A stretch of 64,000 nucleotides of DNA from positions 253 through 64,252 of the forward strand of contig JADFWU010000013.1 of assembly GCA_015234045.1 (NCBI GenBank). Direction: 5' to 3'. This document shows positions 53,624-64,000 of the stretch, one piece after another. A model generated the notes under the pieces. The model had not been told where the DNA came from. It worked only from the letters and a program-made list of their open reading frames with translations, and did no database searches. Positions within the stretch are counted from its first letter, which is position 1; each line of letters opens with the position of its first letter. The stretch comes from Magnetococcales bacterium (GTDB lineage Bacteria > Pseudomonadota > Magnetococcia > Magnetococcales > JADFWU01). The position numbers and the translations under genes were made by a program.

Positions 53624-56557
53624 GTGGCAAAGGCGTTTGACAAGCCGCGTTATCATCTTGAAGAACGCTCTTTGTTCGATGGATACATCACGCCGCAAAA
53701 CGGTCCTGAACCTGAGAAGTTTCTTCTCTTGGTCATCGAAGCCGATGAAACCCACCCATTTCAACTCTCCGTTGGAAAAGGACGCTCCTGTGATGTGGTT
53801 ATCAATGAACCAGGCATATCAACATTTCACCTGATTCTGGAAGGACGGCAAACCCAGGTAACTGTGCGGGATGAGCCCGTGCTGGGTGAAGATGCATGGC
53901 AGGATGCGCTGCGTGATGCCAAGCGGTCCGGAAAAGCACCACCTGAAAAAATGCACGCCACCACTGAAGAGCACACCCTCTATCGACTCCGTGTCACACC
54001 GCACCCAAAACGTATTGATCCTATCTATGTGGATGGCACCCCACTGCAATCCCATTACACCATACGAGGCGGTGAACGGCTTCAAATAGGCAAAACACTG
54101 CTTGCCATTCACATAACACCCTATCGTCCCATATGGAAAAAAAATTGGTTCTGGTTTGTACTGATAGCGCTTCTGTGTCTATCTATTGGACTCACCACAT
54201 GGTATCTGCGCCGCCCTGATGTACGGCGTGATCGATTCCTTGACCAAGGCATTTCCGCCTTTCAACAGGATGATATGGAATCCGCGCGACTCGCGTTCCG
54301 TAACGCCATACAGCTCGACAACCAGAATATCCAAGGACATCACTATTTAGGACTGATCGCAGAGAAACAAGGCAATGCCCGTAAAGAATTAATCTACTTC
54401 CTGCGCACATTGGAGCTCGACCCGCACCATGTTTCCGCTCTGGAAAAACTGGCGCGTATCTATTTCCTTGGCGGCAATCTAAAACGCGCCAACGCCTTTG
54501 TGGATCGTCTGTTAGCCGTCAGCCCCAACAATAGTGAAGGATTGATGGTTCGGGCAGGCATTCTGGCTCGCATGGGTCAGGAAGAACGCGCCAGCCAACT
54601 GGCAAAACGCGTCCTGGCCATGGATTCCACCCAAACCGATGCCCTGATCATCATCTCCCATTATCATGAAAAACAGGGTGAACTGGTTGAAGCACGCCGA
54701 TTGCTGGAAGAAGGACTGAAAACACGCCCCTTTGGCATCAGTGGCGCGTTACGACTGCGCTTGGCTGGTCTCTACCGACGTACTGGTGATCCAGAAAAAG
54801 CGGAGGAAATGCTCAGGTGGCTTCTGGCGCGCAAACCTGATGTGCTGCTCTACTGGCGTGCCCTGGCGGCATTTCACGCCTATGAAGGTAATGTTCTCGA
54901 AGCTGAACGGGTTCTGCGTGAAGCCATTCGACTGCGTCCAAACGATACGCGGCGCTATCTGCTTTTGGCAGATTTTGCCGCGCGTCGATTGGGATTGGAA
55001 CAGGCTGAACGCATTCTGAAAGGGTTCATCACTTCCCATGAATCCGACCCGGTATTCCGGTTTGCCCTGGGCGAATTTTATGAAAAAACGGACCGCCTTG
55101 AAGAAGCGCGAAAAGTGTATCTAAAAATAGCACTCATGGCTCATGGCATGGAAGCCAGCGACACAGCCCGCCGCAAATTGGCCGCCATGTCCGCCACCGA
55201 GAGCAATACCGGAGAAGCGTACCAGCAGATTCAAGCTGTACTTAAAGAGATGAGAGGCCGTTCACTGGGAAACCAGGATCGAGATCTACCTCTACTAAAA
55301 GGCATATCCGCCCTATTGCGCGGGGATGCCGCTCAGGCAATTCGAGAACTGTCTGTCGCCCTTCGGACCCGACCAGGCATGACCTCCGCACATCGCTTGC
55401 TCGCTTGGGCGCACTATCTCAATGGCAGCCCAAAACAGGCCCGAATTGTACTGACCAAATTGGTAGACATGAGCGATGGCGCCATCCGAGACCGAGTCGC
55501 ATTGGGTCGTCTCCTGGCCCAAATGGGTAAGTTCAAAGAGGCTGAAGCCCAATTTCTAGCCGCCTTGGAAGAATCACCGAATCACCCTGCTCTGTTAAAA
55601 AGCGTACTCCAAACTCAATTAGCCCGCCGTTTGTGGCCAGAGGCCAAAGAGACCCTTTATAAACTGAACAACGTGGTAAAAGATCCAGCGGTAAAACAGT
55701 ATATTTGGGCCATCTACCATCGCGCGCGCGGGGATGTCGAAGCGACAATTTCAGCCCTTCAGCAGGTGGTTAAACTCAAGCCAAACACCATTAAACCGCT
55801 GACAGAATTGGTCCGCGCTCTGGTACTTGACAACCAGTTTGGCACAGCAAAAATATGGCTCAAAAAGGTATTGAGAAAACACCCAGATCATGCGCCTGCT
55901 CTGAACCTTATGGGAGAGATTCAGCTGGCAGAAGGCCACTATCAAGAGGCTATTTCCACTTTTGAGCAAGTCACAACTCTGCGTCCAGATTGGGACAAAT
56001 CCCACATGAATCTCACCAGCGCCTTACTGGCCAAAGGTGATTTTCAATCCGCTGCTAAAGCACTTTGGCACAGTAGCACAACAGATCCCAAACGGGTCGA
56101 TCTGGTTCTATTGCTGGCTTCCGCCTATGAACGGGCTGAAGATGTGGACCGGGCAATCACGAGCTATGAAGTCGTTCTGGACAGGGACCCTAAAAACGGT
56201 GTTGCCGCTAATAATCTGGCGATGCTTCTGGCCGATCACCGATGGGACACCCAAGATCTGGGTCGTGCGGCCTCATTGATGGCACCGTTCGAAAACACCA
56301 ACAATCCAGGTGCGTTGGATACTCTGGGTTGGGTCCGCTATCGACAAGGCCGCCTTTCGTCTGCCAAAGAACTACTGGAAAGAGCACTGAAGTCTGCACC
56401 CAATGAACCCGGTATTCAATACCATCTGGGCATGGTTTATCGGGATCTGGGTAATGAAGAAAAGGGTCGAGCACTTTTGATCAAAGCGGTATCGTCCCAG
56501 GAAACCTTCACAGGCAAGAACGAGGCAAAGAGGATCATCACCGGCGTAGCACAGTGA
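53624..56557 (+). CDS. PrsT-like PEP-CTERM-system TPR-repeat protein with N-terminal FHA-like domain and one TM helix
   Basis: 977 aa. GTG start has GAGGA 8 nt upstream. N-terminus FQLSVGKGRSCDVVINEPGISTFHLIL...YVDGTPLQ...ERLQIGKTLLAIHI is FHA-like. TM helix WFWFVLIALLCLSIGLTTWYL. About 800 aa of TPRs follow, as in PrsT. Confidence 0.7.
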   Translation: MAKAFDKPRYHLEERSLFDGYITPQNGPEPEKFLLLVIEADETHPFQLSVGKGRSCDVVINEPGISTFHLILEGRQTQVTVRDEPVLGEDAWQDALRDAKRSGKAPPEKMHATTEEHTLYRLRVTPHPKRIDPIYVDGTPLQSHYTIRGGERLQIGKTLLAIHITPYRPIWKKNWFWFVLIALLCLSIGLTTWYLRRPDVRRDRFLDQGISAFQQDDMESARLAFRNAIQLDNQNIQGHHYLGLIAEKQGNARKELIYFLRTLELDPHHVSALEKLARIYFLGGNLKRANAFVDRLLAVSPNNSEGLMVRAGILARMGQEERASQLAKRVLAMDSTQTDALIIISHYHEKQGELVEARRLLEEGLKTRPFGISGALRLRLAGLYRRTGDPEKAEEMLRWLLARKPDVLLYWRALAAFHAYEGNVLEAERVLREAIRLRPNDTRRYLLLADFAARRLGLEQAERILKGFITSHESDPVFRFALGEFYEKTDRLEEARKVYLKIALMAHGMEASDTARRKLAAMSATESNTGEAYQQIQAVLKEMRGRSLGNQDRDLPLLKGISALLRGDAAQAIRELSVALRTRPGMTSAHRLLAWAHYLNGSPKQARIVLTKLVDMSDGAIRDRVALGRLLAQMGKFKEAEAQFLAALEESPNHPALLKSVLQTQLARRLWPEAKETLYKLNNVVKDPAVKQYIWAIYHRARGDVEATISALQQVVKLKPNTIKPLTELVRALVLDNQFGTAKIWLKKVLRKHPDHAPALNLMGEIQLAEGHYQEAISTFEQVTTLRPDWDKSHMNLTSALLAKGDFQSAAKALWHSSTTDPKRVDLVLLLASAYERAEDVDRAITSYEVVLDRDPKNGVAANNLAMLLADHRWDTQDLGRAASLMAPFENTNNPGALDTLGWVRYRQGRLSSAKELLERALKSAPNEPGIQYHLGMVYRDLGNEEKGRALLIKAVSSQETFTGKNEAKRIITGVAQ

Positions 56558-56710
56558 ATTTACACATGAATAGCTCTGAAACCCCCTATTTTCATATGAG
56601 ATTCAGAGCTATTCCAAACAAAGTGAACGATGCTCAAGGAGAGGTCACCTTTTCACAACAAATCTGCCGCCGTAGTGACACCCCAACCCTCTATCGTTCT
56701 CACTCAAGCA

Positions 56711-56920
56711 TCAGTAATAATCTCGGAAATGAGCAGGCCGCGAGCGATCATTGGGAATTTCAATTTCATAATCCCCTGTTCCCCAGCAACTCTGACAAAC
56801 CTCTTTCTTTTGACCATCACATACTGGACAAACTTCAACACCACAGTACCCGGTTCCTCCACAGTGATCACAAACATCCATCCCCGTGCCAGAACACCTT
56901 TCACAAGCAATAATTTTCAT
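56711..56920 (-). CDS. Small DnaJ-type zinc-finger (CxxCxGxG repeat) protein, 69 aa
   Basis: CERCSGTG, CDHCGGTG, CPVCDGQK and CQSCWGTG. GGAG lies 7 nt upstream of the ATG. Confidence 0.6.
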   Translation of the reverse strand: MKIIACERCSGTGMDVCDHCGGTGYCGVEVCPVCDGQKKEVCQSCWGTGDYEIEIPNDRSRPAHFRDYY

Positions 56921-57393
56921 TTTCCTGCTCCAGTATCGGACAAATATACACCTGATTCATGAATACTTCCGATTGGGATGAGATGTAAAATTTATTATTT
57001 TAATAGGATTGATTGATTTTTTTGACCATTCAATGGGCCTGTAATGGATCGTTGGAAATAGAGTCTGCCTGACACAGCATGCCCCGCACTTTCGTGTACA
57101 TAATGCGTGCATTCAACAGCCTGTTTTTTTGATTTTATGGATTTTTTTTTAGAAATAGCAGTCCAATATTAATGAGTGTCCGTCACATCGGTGAGAAGGG
57201 CGAGTCTTCGTTTTTCCTGCGTTGAAGATCAATCACATAGTGGATCATCATCACGACCAACCTGTTGAAGGTTTCTCTTATTTTGGTGATTAAATTCCAG
57301 CCCTCCGTCACCCCTCTGATGCACTCATTTAATTCTGATCCAAACAGAGTTTTTGGGGTCCGCGAAACCGTACCAACTTAACAGGGGGACATC

Positions 57394-57780
57394 ATGAAAA
57401 ACTCAATTTTTCTAATCACTCTTCTCAGCGTATGCATCGCACCCAATCTGTACGCCAATGATTCAGAGCATTGTGGAGCCATGTGTCATCTGCCCATGGC
57501 TTGGCAGAACAATGACAGCTGTATTGAGATGAGCTATCGAGGCCCCACTTCAAAACAAGGCACCTTCAGCAATATGAAACAACGCCTTGGCATTCAGCCT
57601 GACCACGAACAGGCATGGGATGAATTTTCCAAAGCGGTTTTAACGGGTTCTCCTGAGTTCAACAACACCCAGAGAAATAATAATATTCGCCAAGCATTCA
57701 CTATGTTAAAACATGTTGTTTCCGATCAACAACGGGCTCAGATTGCCTGTCATTTTGGTTCTTGTGGGCAGATATTTTAA
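57394..57780 (+). CDS. Hypothetical secreted protein (128 aa)
   Basis: Strong Shine-Dalgarno (GGGGGA) and signal peptide MKNSIFLITLLSVCIAPNLYA. No family recognised. Confidence 0.6.
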   Translation: MKNSIFLITLLSVCIAPNLYANDSEHCGAMCHLPMAWQNNDSCIEMSYRGPTSKQGTFSNMKQRLGIQPDHEQAWDEFSKAVLTGSPEFNNTQRNNNIRQAFTMLKHVVSDQQRAQIACHFGSCGQIF

Positions 57781-57954
57781 CGAGGAATCCCACATTCCAA
57801 ACAGTTTATTCGTGTCTTTGTTTTTTTTACTGTCAAGACACTGAATAATGATGTACCATGTTGAAAGTTAATGACTTTCACTGCCACAGTGTGCACTTCA
57901 AACCACGGCCAAAACAACGGCCTTTTTCGGGTTTCTGAGCAACATCAAGCACTC

Positions 57955-61550
<3,596 letters not shown>

Positions 61551-61571
61551 AACAGAAGAGTAGCGTGGAAA

Positions 61572-61597
61572 GCTGGGAAGGTTCACGCCTTCCCAGC
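61572..61597 (+). terminator. Rho-independent-type terminator hairpin after gyrB
   Basis: GCTGGGAAGG-ttcacg-CCTTCCCAGC: perfect 10-bp stem starting 22 nt after the gyrB stop, followed by GATTGATTATTTA. Confidence 0.55.
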
Positions 61598-61684
61598 GAT
61601 TGATTATTTAGTGATTCCGGCTCAATTTAGTGATTCCGGCTCAAACTCAGAGATCAAAGCGGGAATGACGGGTACAAAATGCAT

Positions 61685-61978
61685 TCAAACGATTTCAAAC
61701 CGCTTACCAATTTCCTCACGAAACGCACTGGAAACTGCCCACCAATCCAGCACATCAACCTTGATCGGCAGATCAGACAGAGCAAACGCCTCTTCCAAAC
61801 GGCTTAACCGTTCCCTATCGATTTTCTTTTTTCCCTTCAGCGCCAAATCCAGATCAGAATAGGGATGATGATCTGTTCCTCGAACCCTGGATCCGAAGGC
61901 GCGCGCTTCACACTCTGGCAGATACTCAGCCAGAATTGCGCGGATTATCACTAGATGATCTGGCTCGAGATCAATCAT
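61685..61978 (-). CDS. mntA: Nucleotidyltransferase (MNT/MntA-type antitoxin of HEPN-MNT pair)
   Basis: GSRVRGTDHHPYSDLDLAL (GS..G...SD.DL minimal NTase motif). The true start MIDLEPDH is at 61978, overlapping the hepT stop by 8 nt. The track start 62128 lies inside hepT. Confidence 0.8.
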   Translation of the reverse strand: MIDLEPDHLVIIRAILAEYLPECEARAFGSRVRGTDHHPYSDLDLALKGKKKIDRERLSRLEEAFALSDLPIKVDVLDWWAVSSAFREEIGKRFEIV

Positions 61979-62387
61979 TTCGCTTATCAATTTCGACCAT
62001 GAGAAAATCAACGTCCGCCACCATGGCAATGGCGGCTTGAAAGGCCTCCTCAGCGTTGACCTCTTTGTAGGTATGGGCTGAAACATTGCGTGCTTTGTGG
62101 TAACCAAACCAGCGTTCTGGATCAGCAATCAGGCCATTTCGCGCAGCAACGCGGAACAACTCCTTGCGGGTATAGATGGGAGCGGAGGAATGAGAACTGA
62201 CATTGTCTGCAACCCAACGCTGCATCAAAGTCCAAGCAAGACCATAGGTGTATTCAAAACGCTTGATCACCGAATCACGCAACGCCAGTGCAAGCTCTTC
62301 ATCCTCGTCTTTTCTCTGATCATAGAGCCGAATGGCAGATTTCAGAGTGTTCAACGCGCTTCCAAGGGTATCCAATTGCAAAGCCAT
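61971..62387 (-). CDS. hepT: HI0074-family nucleotidyltransferase substrate-binding protein (HEPN toxin HepT)
   Basis: RDSVIKRFEYTYGLAW... and the HEPN Rx4HxY motif RNVSAHTY. 138 aa. Confidence 0.82.
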   Translation of the reverse strand: MALQLDTLGSALNTLKSAIRLYDQRKDEDEELALALRDSVIKRFEYTYGLAWTLMQRWVADNVSSHSSAPIYTRKELFRVAARNGLIADPERWFGYHKARNVSAHTYKEVNAEEAFQAAIAMVADVDFLMVEIDKRND

Positions 62388-62427
62388 TACATATTTCCAC
62401 TAATCTTATTTATTGAAATCCATAGAC

Positions 62428-63000
62428 TTATCGCCCTCTCCTTCTGCGCTCTGCCAAACTGATACCCAACTCATCCGCCAATGAAGCGGCTTCTACTGCG
62501 TCCATTTTACCAAGAATTTTGGAAGCCACCTTTTCACGCATCACCTTCAATACTTTAACCGCTGTACGGCGATCCATATTCTTAAATTGACCAGCTGCCT
62601 CTTTGGCCTTCATACTGCTGTAGATCTTAGCCAGTCGAGCGATATTGGCATCGTCCATGGCTTTCTCTTTGGCACGCTCTTCCCGAATGGATTCACGCAA
62701 GGATTTCAACGCTTCAATACGCTTACCCAACACATCAACCAATGTATTGAGCTCTTTTTCCTGATCATCAAGTTGACGGCCTCGCGCCTCGAGCTCCAAG
62801 CGTTGTGTTTCCAACTCTTCAAGAAGGTGCAAGGGATCGCGCAATGGGTTGTCAGCGGCGACAGGTAAACGCTTTTTCTTCACGCCATCCCCAGCTGCCA
62901 CAGAATCCGCTGCATAACCATGTGTGGCAAACCCAATGGGTCCGACACTCACCATGGTCAACGCCAGGACAGTTGCTAAGAACAGGGAACGAATGGTCAC
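62428..63000 (-). CDS. MotE/YlxF/FlbB-like flagellar protein (MgtE-N-like, coiled coil)
   Basis: GTG start has a GGAGAGG Shine-Dalgarno. Signal/anchor MTIRSLFLATVLALTMV, a coiled-coil centre, and C-terminal KIYSSMKAKEAAGQFKNMD...AVKVLKVM....ASKILGKMD, typical of MgtE-N/MotE family proteins that follow fliJ. Confidence 0.6.
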   Translation of the reverse strand: MTIRSLFLATVLALTMVSVGPIGFATHGYAADSVAAGDGVKKKRLPVAADNPLRDPLHLLEELETQRLELEARGRQLDDQEKELNTLVDVLGKRIEALKSLRESIREERAKEKAMDDANIARLAKIYSSMKAKEAAGQFKNMDRRTAVKVLKVMREKVASKILGKMDAVEAASLADELGISLAERRRRGR

Positions 63001-63010
63001 AAAACCTCTC

Positions 63011-63460
63011 CTATCTGCTTGTCATCGTGTTCTGATGGTGTCGAATAACGCCAATCCGGTCCAATTCCCGATACTCTTGACGCCGCGCCTCTTGTTGAAT
63101 CACGACATCCGCCTTTTCCTCCAGCTTTTCGGCCTGCTGAAGAGATTTGCGCGTCTCCAACCACTTCTGTTTGACCGACTCTGCGGCCTTCTGCACTTCT
63201 TCGATCTCTTTCTGAGTCTGCGCCTTGCGTACATCCTGGCCGCGATAAAAATCCAAATACAAATTGGATGGCAACCGAGTACTAACATCACCGAGTGTTT
63301 CAGCCATTTCAACTCTGGCCATCTCGGTCTCTTCGTCAAGATCCAGCAATCGTTGCTTACGCAGACCTATTTCACCCAAAGCCTCTTTATATGCCGCTGC
63401 CGCCGCCTCCTCTCGGATTCGACGCAACTCGACAAGCCGACTGAATCGATTTACCGCCAT
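63011..63460 (-). CDS. fliJ: Flagellar export chaperone FliJ
   Basis: About 149-aa all-helical, charged protein starting MAVNRFSRLVELRRIREEAAAAAYKEAL.., a FliJ-like pattern. The upstream track start 63532 has no Shine-Dalgarno. Confidence 0.6.
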   Translation of the reverse strand: MAVNRFSRLVELRRIREEAAAAAYKEALGEIGLRKQRLLDLDEETEMARVEMAETLGDVSTRLPSNLYLDFYRGQDVRKAQTQKEIEEVQKAAESVKQKWLETRKSLQQAEKLEEKADVVIQQEARRQEYRELDRIGVIRHHQNTMTSR

Positions 63461-63560
63461 CAGATCACTCGCAATTTCACGGCGTTTACGCCACACTAAC
63501 CGGCAGGAAGCAAGAAACTTCCAACACCTCATTATTAAGAATAGACTGATTCATTCTATT

Positions 63561-63576
63561 TGCAAACCCCGGTCCA
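63561..63576 (-). promoter_or_regulatory. Candidate sigma-54 (-24/-12) promoter upstream of fliJ
   Basis: The minus strand reads TGGACCGGGGTTTGCA: GG-N10-GC spacing is exact and the -12 TTTGCA is a good match to TGGCAC-N5-TTGCA. It lies ~100 nt upstream of the fliJ ATG. Confidence 0.45.
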
Positions 63577-63589
63577 TACGGAACTTTCA

Positions 63590-64000
63590 ATGCGGATTTT
63601 TTTCGTTTTCTTTGTATTTACACTCTTGATCGGGCAACTGCCCCTACCGGTTGAAAGCAGATCCAACAAAGATCCACGACAAAACACCATCCGATTGGTC
63701 ACAGACCCAGAAACGCTTGATCTTCTTAAACAGATTGGAAACCCTATACTCAATGCCGCAAACCTTTCGCCAGACAGAGTTCAGTTTCACGTGGTTCTTG
63801 ATAGTCAAATCAATGCGTTCGCACTGTTAGGCAATAAAATAATTTTTAACAGCGGTCTCTTATTGGCCGTGGATAAAGCGGATGAGTTCGCCGGTGTCAT
63901 GGCCCATGAAGTTGCCCATCTGACTGCGGGCCACCATATTCAACTTCAATCCGAAGCGGAAAGTCTATCCATCAAAACACTGATCACCATAGCCGCCGGA
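63590..64000 (+). CDS. M48-family zinc metalloprotease (5' part; runs off window)
   Basis: Hand translation from ATG 63590 gives signal peptide MRIFFVFFVFTLLIGQL, then ..INAFALLGNKIIFNSGLL...FAGVMAHEVAHLTAGHH (HExxH). The frame is open to the window end. Confidence 0.75.
   Translation, partial: MRIFFVFFVFTLLIGQLPLPVESRSNKDPRQNTIRLVTDPETLDLLKQIGNPILNAANLSPDRVQFHVVLDSQINAFALLGNKIIFNSGLLLAVDKADEFAGVMAHEVAHLTAGHHIQLQSEAESLSIKTLITIAAG

Overview
Bacterial chromosomal window of proteobacterial type, rich in sigma-54 and c-di-GMP signalling genes and centred on dnaA; I cannot assign a species. All calls come from reading the ORF translations and the DNA by eye. No searches were run.

Gene content, left to right:
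- purF-cvpA-radA and a triple-SPOR protein (minus strand).
- An MCP with a C-terminal CZB zinc domain.
- A hybrid histidine kinase with a REC-GGDEF regulator.
- A sigma-54 cluster: two enhancer-binding proteins flanking a 975-aa TPR protein.
- prmB, a GGDEF protein, hpnC-hpnD and secA.
- A four-gene cassette (27.3-35.9 kb), described below.
- dnaA, followed directly by a decayed BsuBI/PstI-like restriction-modification remnant instead of dnaN.
- Rhodanese, hemerythrin, yjbQ, a DASS transporter, two tandem HD-GYP paralogues, a GAF protein, a Ppx/GppA-like protein and a two-CW protein.
- A TPR-like/HEPN-like gene pair and a cyclophilin.
- An exosortase locus: retropepsin-TPR protein, exosortase-EpsI fusion, FHA-PrsT-like TPR protein.
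- recF-gyrB, a HepT/MntA toxin-antitoxin pair, an orphan fliJ-ylxF-like pair and the start of an M48 peptidase.

No tRNA, rRNA or CRISPR array was seen.

Main candidate for a new system: the cassette between secA and dnaA. Two giant paralogous proteins each fuse a ParA/MinD-like NTPase to an array of 35-residue TPR-like repeats. Both carry Arg in place of the P-loop Lys (KGGVGRT / QAGVGRT). They flank two translationally coupled proteins with no motif I can recognise. Three of the four genes are clearly lower in GC than their surroundings.

Second notable signal: a ~160-bp MITE-like element in five same-orientation copies. It has a conserved central hairpin with a compensatory base-pair change. 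It supplies stop codons to two genes and brackets signalling genes.
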